Under the pieces are notes generated by a model. That model saw only the letters and a program-made list of their open reading frames with translations, was not told the DNA's origin and did no database searches. From Geosiphon pyriformis uo1 (taxonomy: Eukaryota; Fungi; Glomeromycota), in NCBI GenBank assembly GCA_016748015.1, contig JAAOMT010000301.1, forward strand, positions 186,001 through 250,000: a stretch of 64,000 bases of DNA, read 5' to 3'. Of this stretch, positions 1 to 12,763 are shown one piece after another. The translations under genes were made by a program, and so were the position numbers. Each line of letters starts with the position of its first letter. Positions within the stretch are counted from its first letter, which is position 1.

Positions 1-3000
1 TTTAGGTGGTGATTTCAATGAGGATGGTTTCAGGAAGAGTGCTAGTTTTAAGTTTTGTTCAGATTTGGGGTTGGTCAACTCTTTTAGCAAATACTCTCTG
101 GTCAAAGCTTCCACTTGGGGCAATTCCTGGGGTGTCATGAAGATTATCGACTACATTTTTGTGAGCAGAAATTTGTCATCTATATTGGCTGGTTATGAAG
201 TTGCTTCTGTCTCTGACTTCTTTAACACTGATTATAATGCTGTTCTGGTTTCAGTTGGTTTGGATGGTTTCTTGGATGTCCAGCTCAATAATGAGTGTAA
301 GCAGGCCAATAAAAATAAGTGGAAATTCAAAATCAAGGATGTAGATGCTAATAAGTGGACACACTTTAGGGAACATTCATTAAGCAAGTTCCTGGAGTAT
401 ATAGATATGTTTAATGCTGTAAAAGATACTAAAAATTTGGATACTATGTGGGAAATTTTTAGGGAAGTGGTTATAAGCTCAACTGATAATGTGTTTTCTA
501 GACACTAGTTTAGCAAGTTTAATTGTCAGAAAAATAAGCTGTTTTCAAAATTCTTTAAGCTGGAATTGTTGGTGGCCAAGTTGGTAAAGTATTTAAGCTC
601 AGATCAGGAATCAGAAGCTGTTTGCTTTTTTAAGATGTGGTCCACTTTTGATAACAAGGGAGCCTCCAAAGCATGCACAATGTTTGATAATAATAAAGGC
701 AGAGAAAGCATTCTTCAACACCTATCAAGAGTCAAAAAATTGTACAGAAAGTCCAAATACTATGAGTCTAGAGTAGTCAGAGACATTTTAATTAGAAAGA
801 CAATAAACAAGTACATGAAAACTTTCAGCTCTAATAAAAAACATATGATCAAAAGTGTTTTGGAATGGCCATTTAAGAAGGTAGTACTGGATCATTTGAT
901 TGTGAATGATAAGTTAATTTTGAAACCCAAGAAAGTTTTATTTGCTGTTGATGGTATCATGGAAGGATAGACAAGAAAACAGGTTGCTTCCATCTCTATG
1001 CCTGTTTGTTGGTCTAATCAATATGCTTCTTTGGACTATGTCAGTGATAATACATTCTCAAATGTCATGAGTGTGATTGGATTAGATGAGTTTCTTATGG
1101 TGGTCAAAAAACTGCCTGATGGGAAAGCTGTTAGCATTTTAGGTATTCCTAATGAGCTTTGGAAGCATGGAGATGCACAGATTCTAAGTGGTTTGTTAGA
1201 CATTCTTAATATGTGTTTGAAGTTGGGTGTGGTCCCTCTATAGTAGAGACAAGCCTAGATTTCTATGATACCAAAGCCATATGACTGGGAGGAGACACTT
1301 ACCAATACCAAACCTATAGCTTTAGTTGAGATGGCCAGGAAGATACTGTTTAAGGTTTTTTCTGACAGAATATTTCTGACATACAGTAAATTTAATGTTC
1401 TTCATGAAGATAATTTCTCAGTTTTGAAGGGTACATCTGCTCAAACTCTGATTTTTACTATTGGCTCTGTCATTGAAGATGTACTTGAGAAAAGCAGGGA
1501 GCTATGACTAGTATTTTAAGATATGTAAAAAGCTTATGACTCAGTTGGATGGCCCTATTTGTGGAATAGTTTAGTTAGAATCAAGATGTGCACTTATTTT
1601 ATTGAATTTTTTGGAAACATATACAATGATTGGACCAACTGGGTAATAATGGACTTTGGATTTACTGATAGATATACTGTTTATGATGGGTTAGATTAAG
1701 GAGAAGTTTTCTTACCATTATTGTGGAAAATCTTTTATGATCCTCTGCTTTGTAAGGTCAAAAAACATGAACAATTGTGTAGATATAGATTGGATTCAAA
1801 ATTTTTCACTAGAACTGGTAGAGCTGACCCTAAAGATGGCAAGACTTCCTTTTTTGCAGCTGGTGTCTTTGTAAATAATACTATTTGGGTTGGTAACTGC
1901 CTGGCAGTTACACAACATATTTTGGACATTGTGAGTAAATTCTTCTTGATCAATGACATTGCTATTAACACTGATAAAATGGTTGCCATTTCTATTAATC
2001 AAGAGGCCAGAAGTGCTTCATTGTTTATTAGTGGTTCTGAAATCTCTATTGCCAAAAAGGGTGAGTTTCACCAATACTTAGGGATTTTTCTTTTATGGAT
2101 GGCCTGTTTAGACCAAGTTTGGCCAAAGTTTATTCAGATATCAGGTTTTTTTCAAATGTGGTTTTAAGGAAGGCCATTACTGAAAAGCAGTTTTTATATT
2201 TGGTTTCTGCTATTCTGCAGTCCATAGTGAATTATAAACTGCAGTTCAGCTGTGTTTCCAAGAGTGTATGTAAGAAATGAGACAAAATGTTGAGAAAGAG
2301 TTTAAAGCTCAAGGCCAATCTGCCCAAAAATTTTCCAAATAAAGCTTTGTATTATCCAGAATTATATGGTTTAAAAACTTTTAAGCAAGTACTGGCTGAG
2401 AATCTGCTGGCTGGCCTGGTTATGTTTGCTAATGCTAATAAGATCTTCAGTGAATTATTTGAGCACAGAGCCATAGAGTTGCAGACCATTAGCTGGATGC
2501 TCTGGCACCCTCTTAAATTTCCGATTAAGTTGCTGGTTAATTCTATGAATTGCTTTTTGGCAGGTACAACACGTGTTTTCAAATTGTGCAATCTATTATT
2601 GGGTGGTAATTTGCCTGATGTTTTTTGGGCCAGGAATAGTATTGCAGTCTTGAATGTGCTTGGCTTTGAGTCTTATTTGGGCATAGCAAAGTCTCTTAGA
2701 AGATATAGTATGGTGTTTATGGACCAGCTTTTGAACTGCCACAGCAAATGTTTTACATGGAACACATTTTACAGGTGGAAGAAGCTAAACCCTAGAGGCC
2801 TGATTCCTGTCTGGTTTACTTCTTTGGTCAAATTTATTGTTGAAGGTAAATTGTCAAATGGTGTGCTATTGTCTCCTTGTTCCATTTCTACTGATTCTCT
2901 TTGTGACTTTGGTTACGTTGATAAGCATCTGCTGAATTCTGGATTGGGCTCTATAACCATATACACAAATGGTTCTGTTAAAAATTTGGGTTTGGTACAA

Positions 3001-4388
3001 GCTTGTAGTGGTACTGTCACCTACTTTCTGGATGTGGACACTAGTGTTGGGGTTAAGGTAAATGGATTACTGTCGTCAACTCTGGTGGAACTGCAGACCA
3101 TTGCACTTGCTTTGAAGTGTGTGCCCACTTCTTAATTTGTTGACTTGTATATGGACAGCCAGGCTTTACTAGACTTATGCAAATTTGTCTATAGTATTGC
3201 TGGTCTTGATTTTCACGACAAATGCTGGATTAAGAAAGAACATATTCACTGTGTCATTTTTAAAAAAAATTTGTTGGTTACATGGATTAAGGTTAAGGGC
3301 CATTCTGGTATTATTGGAAACAAACCTGCCAATTTCTATACTGATGCAGTTATCATTTCTGAGTCCTTTCTGCCTCTTGTGGTATCTTATTGTTTTTTCA
3401 ATGTTGAAGGCAGACCTGTTTCCAGAAACACTTATCATGTTGCCAAAAAATTATTCAATGCTGTTTACTCTGTTGGTTGGGAGGCCAGATGTATTGGTAG
3501 CATCATTAATGTGAGTCTTTATGACTGTTTTGATAAAGCCAAAACCTTTTGTGTTTGACATCCTAATGGCAAGATCAAATCTGGTTACACTAACACTGCA
3601 TCAGTAACACTTTGGTCATATTTTATAAAAGTGCTCTATCATCACTTACCAGTGGCCAAAAGAAAAAAAATGTATAATCCAAATTACCCAAGTATCGCCT
3701 GCATTTGATGTAGGTTAGTAGAGAACTCTGATCACATTTTTTCTTGTAGTTATGATATCAATGTTCAAGATATCTTATTGTCTGATACTGCTTTGGAGTG
3801 GAATGTATTACTGGGCACTTCTGCTAATGGAAATACAGTCACCAATTTGCTGAATAAAGCTGCTGCTTCTATGGACTTGTTCATAGTGCTGGCTAAAGAT
3901 TTTGTGTTGAAAAATTGGGTGGTTGATATGTTGGACTATTTAGGTGCTAAATCTGGTAAAGGTGCATTGGTGGTGGATTTCATTTATTGTTTTGCTAAGA
4001 GCCACAGATCTGCTGTTTGGTTGCCAGTAGTTAAGTTAAGGACCTATTATAAAAAATTTAATCTTTTGCTGCATGATGGCTTTTCTATTTCTTTAGTGTC
4101 TAGTTTGTCTTTTTTGTGGTTTGCTGAGATGATCTGGAATTTCGGTTTCAGAATAAGTATCCATGTGTGTTTTGGGTTGTATTTATGTCTAGCCAGTTCA
4201 GATTTTGGTTTTCTGCATAATTTCTCTGTGGTAAAAAATTTAGATATGTAATGCTGTCTTGATTAGCCCAAATAGCTGGTCACGTGTAGAAAATGCATGA
4301 GTTACACTTAATTTAGATTATGTTGATCTATGTATTTAGGTAGTGATTGGACTGCATTTGTAAAACTTTAATAATAATAAAAAATAAA
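1..4388 (+). mobile_element. Degenerate LINE (non-LTR retrotransposon) copy 1: ORF2 with APE endonuclease, RT, RNase H and C-terminal Cys motif, then 3' UTR and A-rich tail; 5' part lies outside the window
   Basis: GGDFN at the window start, IDYIF/TDYNAV (APE), IPKP..KPIAL and FVNN (decayed FVDD; RT), IYTNGS and WIKVKGHSGIIGN (RNase H). ORF2 stop at 4251, A-rich tail at ~4370-4388, many TGG/CAA/CGA-derived stops. Confidence 0.93.
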
Positions 4389-4389
4389 T

Positions 4390-5500
4390 TCAAAAGAATT
4401 TTTGTTATTATTATTAAACTTGTATTTATTATTAGTTAAAATATTATTACTATTATTAAACTTATTTTTATGTTAAAAATTATATTTTTTTGTTATTTGA
4501 ATATTTTATATTTTTAACCAATATTTTTTTCTTGGAAAAAAAATTATTATTAGTAAAATTATAGAGAGTTTTTTTGATTATTTTCTTTTTAAATATATTA
4601 TTACTTAAAGTAATTGTTAGTTTTATAATAAAGAGATTTTTTTTTAAAAATTATAAAAAAACAATAAAAATTAAAATTAAAAACTAAAAAACTTTTTTCA
4701 AAAAACAATTTTTTTAAAAAATATTGAAATATATAAAAGATAAAAGTTTTTTTTAAAAAAATTATTATTGTATTAAGTATATAATTAGTTTAAAATTTTT
4801 AATTATTTATAATTTGTTATTTTTTAATTAATAATAATTTTAAAAAATTAAAAAAAAACAGATTTTAAATTAAAAATAGTATTTTAAAAAAACAATAAAA
4901 AAATTTTTTTCTAATATTTTAAAAAAATTATTTGTTTTAGGCTTAAAAAATTGCTTTTTTGCTGTTTTAATTTTTTTAATCATTTAAACAACAAAAAAAT
5001 TAACAATAATTAAAAGTTTTTGATCTTTTTATTATAAAAATTATGTTAAAATTATTTTTTAATTAATTATTTAAAAAAACGTTATATGAAAAAAAAAACT
5101 TTTATTTAAAGCTAAAAAAATGTTTTTTTAACAATTAACATTTTTATTATTTAAAAAAAAATTAAAAAAAAAGCTGTTTAACTATTTTTATTTTTAAGAA
5201 AACTTTTTAAATATTAAAACTAATAAAAACAATGCTTTTTTTTATTTTTTCTCTAATTATAGTTATAAAAATAAATAAATAAATAAATTTGTTAAAAACA
5301 ATTTTATAATATTGTTATTGAAAATTTGGCTTATTTTATAATATTTTTAATGTGTATAAATAAATACTGCAAATTTATATTCAATCTAAAATTTAAATAT
5401 TTAGGCAATTGTTTTTTGTTTTTATCTAAGTTATTTGAATAATATAATAAATGTTTTAATAAGAACACTAAATCCTAAAAAGCACATGTAAAATAATAAA
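4390..5500. other. Extremely AT-rich tract (roughly 90% AT), origin not resolved
   Basis: Almost no G/C; remaining G/C mostly in GT/AC/GC contexts. No convincing alignment by eye to the elements in this window. Confidence 0.6.
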
Positions 5501-5568
5501 TTCATATTGTAACATAATATGGAGTTGTTAATTTCTCATTTTGCCAGAAACCTTTTGGATTCGGCAAA

Positions 5569-6479
5569 ATGTTCTTTCTTGTAATGGAAAAATTTTGTTT
5601 TCTTCCGTGATTTCTATTAGGACATAGCACCTCATGTTTTTTTCAATCTGTTATACAGAAAGATCTCTTTCATACAATACAACTCCATCCATCGTACTTT
5701 GGGCCCAATATGGATGATTATCTAAAGAAGAAGCTTTATGCCGATGTTGAAGGCACCTGTACCGGTCGCTATGGGTACATCATAAATGTTCTTCAAGTGA
5801 AAGAGATATCAAAGGGTAAGGTGATGACCTCAGTAGGCTTAGCAGAGTTTACAGTAAAGTATCAAGCTATCGTATTTAAGCCGTTTAAGGGTGAAGTTGT
5901 TGATGGGACAGTGACGCAAGTCAATAAGGTACTTTTAATAAATGAATACCTTTGTAATCATGATTTTGGTGAGTGGTTTATACATACTTTTTTTTTTCGA
6001 AGATGGGTTTTTTTGCTGAGGTGGGTCCGCTGCAAGTTTTCGTATCGAGCCACGTAAGATTTGAAATTCTACCATAATCTTGTCTCAAATCAAAAAAATT
6101 ATTGTTCTCTAAACAGCTTTAAATTTTTGGGGCTAGTTAATCCCGAGTGATATGAAATTTAATCCCTATGGAAATCCCCCCAGTTACTCCGATGATGTTG
6201 TATGTATTTTCGGAATTGGGTTTTCTTTATTACTTTGACAGTAGGCACAAAATATATTAACTGATTTCTTCAATTTTTCACATAAGACCCTGATCGAAAA
6301 GGGCAGTCATTGCCGAATCAAGATCGTTGGAACCCGTTTCGATGCAACAGATATCGTATGTTTTACATGAAAAATGTTAATTTTAATTAGTTGGAATTTT
6401 TTTTACAGTTAATATTTCATCAATTTATTTTTAGTTTGCAATTGGGACGATCAAAGAGGATTTCTGCGGTGTACTGTAA
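5569..6479 (+). CDS. RPB7: RNA polymerase II subunit Rpb7; exons 5569-5580, 5659-5928, 6003-6053, 6137-6199, 6287-6355, 6435-6479
   Basis: Spliced product MFFLKDLFHTIQLHPSYFGPNM...VEGTCTGRYGYII...[38 protein letters not shown]...RIKIVGTR...FAIGTIKEDFCGVL*. All five introns are GT-AG, phase 0. Confidence 0.96.
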
Positions 6480-6720
6480 AATACTTACATTCAGTAGGTC
6501 ACTTTTACCGCTCTCGACAAATTACCCAGAATTGGAGAAAACAATAATTTCAAACAGTTTATGCCTTGCCGCCATTTTTCTTTATTCGGATTTTAGACAA
6601 CATGATACAAGAATTTTATTCGTAATAATTTCGGTCATTTAATAATTGAATATACTTTTTTTTAAAGATAAAATATCAAGCAAAAATGCTCAAAAGGTAA
6701 AGTTCCCCGTAATGTCACAC

Positions 6721-7922
6721 TCATTTAATAGGTTCATTAACATTTAATAATAAGGTCTCAGTATCAAGCAACAGTCGATTCTGTGAATTTGCAAGAATAT
6801 TAGCAATATCACGAGCAGTCTCAATTTTTCGTAATTCTATGAAGCCTGGCTTATTCCTGATCGCTTCACCCAGCAACTCGGCTGACTTTGCCTCACCCTC
6901 AGCTTTTATTATGATTGATTGTTTTTCCTGCCTTGCACGTTCGACAATGAATGCTGCCCGTTGAGCATCTTGTTGGGCGATTTGTTTAGCCTCAACAGCA
7001 TGAGTGAACTCGGGAGAAAAAGCTACGTGGGTAATAGAAACATCATCTAAAACAATGTTGAATCTTAGCGCCCTCTTAGTCAGATTTTCGCGAACCAAGC
7101 GTGACACCTAAAATTTAAAAATTATTTATTAGAAATTATTTTGTCATTTAACGTATAATAATCTTGACTTACCCTTTCACGTTGCGTAATTAACTGGGAA
7201 GCGTTGAATTGGGCAACTACTGATTTCAATACCTCGTTCACAATTGAGGGGAGCACACGCTCATCGTAATCAGTGCCGAGAGTTCGATAGATAGTGGGGA
7301 GTTCATGAATGTTAGGTTTTGATAATACTCTGCATGTAATATTGACCATCTGAAGATCTAGTGAATTCGAAAAAAAGCCTCGTTTATATAATAGTAAAAT
7401 TGATTCAAATTCTTATTCATTCTTACCCTTGGTTCCAGTCAGTGATGCGATATTTCTTGGTTTTGCTCGTACATCATAAATGATAGGAGTCTCAAGCCAG
7501 GGGATCATGAAATGTGTACCTTCATTAAAAATTTCTTTTTGTACGCCAAATAATCGTGTGTATTTAATAGCGCGATGACCTCCATCAACTTTACCGATAA
7601 TTTTAAGTATGAATGCAGAATAAAATTTCAATTAAGTTAATTTCAGACATATGTTTTTCTATCTTCAAGTTTGAGCCTTTCTTAAACAACACCCGAATTA
7701 TATCTCTAAGTTGTAATTATTAATTTAACAAATCTTTAACCCCACAGTTGCACTTTCCCCATATATTTGCGGCTTACCGTTGAATAAACTAGCATTAATG
7801 CCCACCCCAACAACACCAAGCGTGACTATGGCACCCACACCAGTAAACATCCCTTTACCCGGACCGCCCTTAGGAAGAAACCCAGTAAGGCGGTTTATTG
7901 CTTGTTTGCTTGAATAAGACAT
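6721..7922 (-). CDS. PHB2: Prohibitin-2 (SPFH/Band-7, mitochondrial); exons 7922-7778, 7588-7427, 7357-7173, 7107-6721
   Basis: [85 protein letters not shown] (PHB2-type C-terminus). GT-AG introns join in frame. Confidence 0.95.
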
Positions 7923-8639
7923 GAGAGGTAAAAAATTTAAAAATTTTGTTGGACAAAAATAAATATTAGTCCTAATGAGATAGATCTTGATGATCAATCG
8001 GGCTATAAATAATATAAATAACAATATATATATTTTTTGTTACATTAATGTTTAAAATTTAATTAATTTTTATTATTATTTTTATATTTAAGCTTATTAA
8101 CTATTTTTTTTGTTTTTTAATTACGTTCACAACTAAAATAAAAGAGAAAAAAGAAGCAAAAATTATTATTACAATTATAAATAAGAAAACAATAACTAAA
8201 AAAGTTTTTTTTAATAATAAAAACAATTGATTTTTTTTTAAATAATATACTAAAAACAATTTTATATTATTATTATACAAAAAATTTTCAAACTTTTAAC
8301 AAATAAGTTTATAATAACAATTATTTTATTTTTATTTTTATTTTTTAAACAACCAAAAAAAACAAACAATAATCACAACAATTAATTTTTTTTCAAAAAT
8401 AGTTTAATTTAACTAATTAAATTTAATTTTTAACAGTTTTGTTTTATTAATTTTAATTTGATTGTAAACAACAGTTTTTTTTTAATTTAAATAATAATAA
8501 CAATAATAAAAAAACTTTTTTTTATTTTCAAACTATAAAAAGAATAAAAAATATTTTAAAAAAATCTTAATATTTTTTTTTATCTAATATTTTTCTTATG
8601 CTATTTTTTTAGTAAATTTTTGTTTATAAATTTAAACTT

Positions 8640-10600
8640 AATAGCCATTTTTATCAAAAATATAACTATTTTAATATAAAAAAACTATTAAATATAAGAA
8701 TAAATTAGATAAAAAAAATTAAAAAGTTTCATATTAATAATCTGTTGTTTAAAAAGTTTGTTGTTAATATAAAATTAATTAAAGCTTTAATTTTAAGAAA
8801 AATTATCTTAAAAAACAAAACAAATTTAAAAACAAGTTAAATATTATTTTATTTACTAAAGTTTGTTATATTAATAAAATAATTCTGTTTAATATGTACT
8901 TAAATTTTATTACAAAATATTTTTATTAAAAAACAACAATAAAATAAACTAAAAACTTTATTATTAACCAATATTACATCAAAATATTATTTAATATATA
9001 TAAAATTATAATATATACCAAAAAAAAATAAACTAACAAAATTATTAAAACTAATTAAAATTAAATAATTATTTAAATTAAAATTAACTTAATTAGATTA
9101 TAATAACAAATATATTACAATTATTATAAATTATTTAACCAGAAATTTATTTTGTAAACAGTATATTAACAGAATTAAATCAAAAATTTAAAGTAAAAAA
9201 ACTGTTATTATTATTATATTATTTATAAATAAATAACTTAATTAAAAAATTTAATAAAATAATATATAAAATATTAATTAAAATTAGTTAAAAAATAAAA
9301 TTTGTTTATATTATTAATATTATTTACTTGTTAAACAATAAAACAAACTATAATACAAATAATATTATTTAAATTAATATATAAAAAAATATTATTATTA
9401 TTAATTAAAATAAAAATAATAATATATTTATTTAAAAATTACATTTTTAAAAACATTATTTAAAATCATATAACTTAATAAAAACAAAAAAAATAGCAGT
9501 TAATAATATTTAAGTTTTATAAAAAAACAAAAAAAAAATAACAAATTATTAAATAAATTAGTTATATATAAAATTAAAAATAAAATATAATAAGACAAAA
9601 AAACAATAAAATAGAAAATTTAACTTCAAATAAAATAGTCTATTTTATATTTACCAAATACTTAAAAATAAAATATATAAATTTAAATTAGAAAACAAAT
9701 CTTAAAAAAATAATATATAATAATTAATTAAAATTAAATAATTATTAATAATATATAATGAATAAAATAGAAATTATTAACAATATTTATATAATTGTTT
9801 AATTATTATTTCAAATATTACAAAATAAAAAATTAAAGTTAAAAATAATTGTTAATAGTAAAAAAATTTGTTATAAAAATACTCAAAAAAAATTAAACAA
9901 TTAATAAAAAAAGTTATTAAAAAAATTAAAAAATTTAATATAATTATTTAATTTAAAGAGCTTATAATTAATAATTAAAAAAAATAGAAAAAACAATTTT
10001 TATTAATGTATTATTATTGTTATTATTTAAAATAATAGTTAAATATTTAGAATATTTATTTAAATAGTTTTAAACAAATATTTAACAAAACAAAATTATA
10101 TCAAGTAAAATGATTTATTATAACATATTTTAAAATTACATATATTAACTATACTTAATTTTTTAAAAATATAATAAAATAAATTTTTTTGAATTTTAAC
10201 AAAATTTAATTTTTTTAAAAAAAATATTATTACTTATAAAAAATAAAATAAATAAATAATATAATATATAATTATATATTAAAATTAATAAAATTAAATT
10301 AAATTAAAAATTTTATAAATATCTATAATAATTTCAAAAACACCAAAAATATTAATAATAACTTAAAAAAAGTGTAAAAAAAATTAAAAATACCAGAATA
10401 TTTCATATTATTTAAATTATATATATAGTAATAAAATTAGAATAAAATATATTTAATTATTCAATATTTAATTTAATAATTTAATAAAAAAACAATTAGC
10501 TTAACTTAAATTTTATTTATTTTATTATTTTATATTTAAAATTCATAATTTAAATAAACTTATTATTTAACTTAAAAAATACTTAATAATTTATAATTAT
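8640..10600 (+). mobile_element. 'Ghost' Gypsy copy (same family as 17241-27376), almost fully converted to A/T: RT/RH fragment, integrase, C-terminal extension, PPT and 5' half of the 3' LTR (LTR starts ~10228); boundaries approximate
   Basis: 9139 ccagaaatttattttgtaaacagtatattaacagaattaaatcaaaaattt aligns to 25042 ccaagaaactcattttgtgaacagaaccttaacagaattaagtcaaagattt. 9601-9650 aligns to the QWSGKFDPKWDGPF region. 10228 tattacttataaa matches the LTR start at 42918. TATA-like tatatatag at ~10420. Confidence 0.8.
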
Positions 10601-10869
10601 TATTTTGAAATTATTTATTATTTTTAAAAAACAATTAATTTTAAAGTAATTATTTAAGAATTTTAATATATTAAAACAATGGTTATATTTTTAATAAATT
10701 TTTAAGTAGTTTTTAAAAAAAATTATTTTATTAAAAAACTATAAAAAAAACTTCTTTCTTTTTTATCTTTAAAAATTCTCAAAAAGTGCATTTTCTATAA
10801 AAAAAAAGTTTTTTTGTTTTTTTTAGTTTATATATCAATATTTTTTTACCTAATAATAATCCATTTTTC

Positions 10870-12763
10870 GTGGATATAAAGACTACTGTAAGTAGCACCA
10901 CATCTAAGAAAAAGGCACCTAAGGATGCTTTTCATGGTTCTGCTGGTGGTTTTTTTTCTCAGAAGAAAAAAATTGTTCTTGGTAATATTAAACACTTTGA
11001 TGATAAAAGGAATATATCCTTAAGTAAATCTGGGTCTGGTAATAGTGTGTATTCTAATGTAGAAAGTCTATTTGGTGATGATGAGAATGTTAGCATGTCT
11101 GGTGTGAATGGTGGATATCTTTTGGGCTCAACTGCTACTACACCCAAGGCAAAAAGAATCAACACTGGTACTGTTTTTGGCTCTTTGCTCAGTTCTCCCA
11201 ATTTTCATATGGATAATGATAAAGTTGTATTCTCTCTTCATTTGTCTATCTCTCTTGACAGAAAGTGGATTGACCCAAAAATTATTAAGACTTCTGTGGA
11301 AGTATCAGTTAAAAAGTTATTTGCTTTAGACATTAATCTCTCAGCCATGAAAGGGAAATCAGCAACGGCAAAAACTCAGTTAATCAGAAAATTTTTTTCT
11401 TCAGTCAATGGTTTTGGAGAGGCCACTACTCTCTTAAAATTTGAAGAAATTATCAGATTTATTTTCACATTAGAAAAGAGCATGAAAATGGCTGTATTAT
11501 TGGCCAGAAAAAAAGAGATTATTATAAACAGTGATCTCAAAAAACAAGAAATTCATTCAGATTAAGCCATAGTAATCAAAGAAATTCTTATGAATATGCC
11601 AAAAGAGATGATTGTTACCACAGTATCTGAGTTTGGTGATATTAAGTCAATCAAGATTCAGCTGATTGGGATGTGGTAGAAGACTGTAATAGAATTTGCC
11701 AAATTGGAGCAGGCTAAGCAACTTGTATTAAGATAGTTATTTCTTATTGGGAAGAACTCAGTGTATATGGCTATGGCCATAGGAGATTAGAATACTTGGA
11801 TGTCTAAAGATTGCTTTAGGGTGGTTTTGTTTACTCTGCCTATAGAAACAACAGCTTATAATTTAAGAATTTTGTTAGAAAAGGCTGATAGAAAAACATG
11901 TGTTATTAATCACTTTCTTGTTACTAACAACTGGGTTTGCTGTGCTGTGGATAGTTTCAATTTAAATAAGAACCTGGAATCTGCATTTCACATGAAGCCA
12001 ATTTTTGGTGGTGTTAAACTCTTATGGGCTAGGATAGATTTGGTTCATTGTAAGAGGTGCAACAGTTTTGAACATTCTGCTCTTGAGTATGATTCTTCAA
12101 ACATGTTAGTTCTATCCCCCAAGAATCTTATAAAAGAATTGTCTCGAATGAAACCTGTCTTCAGCTTGCTAGATTGTATGCTAAAAAATGTGTTCCAATT
12201 TCCCATTCTGCCACCTTTGGAGGCAAGTTTTGGGCTCAGATAGTCTTACTCAAATCAGCTTCAGGTGGCACTTCTCTTGGTTCTGGTTCTGGTTCTGGTT
12301 TTGGTTTTGGTTCCCCCCCACTGGTACCTCTGGCTTGGATGATAATTCCCCTCTTGTTTTGGCTTATAATTCAGCTTTGAATGATTGGTTGGCTTCCTTG
12401 GAATGTTTCTTAGAGCTCTTAGTGGATCAAGTTTTTGGCATAATGCAAAAATTAAGTAGCATGAAATTGGTGCCTCTGGCTCCCCTTCCTTATCCTAGCA
12501 TCTCAGTTGTTCCAATGACTGTTAGTTCGGATTTGGGCCAAGACATGGTTTTGAATGGTTCTAAATTAGTTTCTTTGTCTTCTTTTCATGCTATTTCTGA
12601 AGTTTCAGCTTTGGATCCTAGTAGTTCAAAAGTTCTGACAGCTAAAATGAGCAGTTTGAAGTCAAAATTTGTGGCTCTTGAGGCCTCTGTAAACTCAGTT
12701 TTGGTGAAGTTAGATTAGTTGTGTATTGGCTCAGGTTTTTTGATGTCTTTTTTGTTCCAATGA
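10870..12763 (+). pseudogene. LINE ORF1 (gag-like): RRM-like segments, degenerate CCHC knuckle (CKRCNSFEHSALEY), GS-rich linker, C-terminal coiled-coil-like heptads
   Basis: ORF fragments 10870-11565, 11800-12243 and 12188-12718; homologous decayed copy at 41300-42917 plus 53721-54021. Confidence 0.8.

Noticed and set aside
4520-4565. Possible ghost of the LINE ORF1 start within the first AT desert
   Set aside because: Only ~40 nt of A/T-dominated similarity with no collinear continuation, so chance cannot be excluded.
6391-6642. 83-aa ORF after RPB7
   Set aside because: Out-of-frame overlap with the last RPB7 intron/exon and 3' UTR; TTG start.
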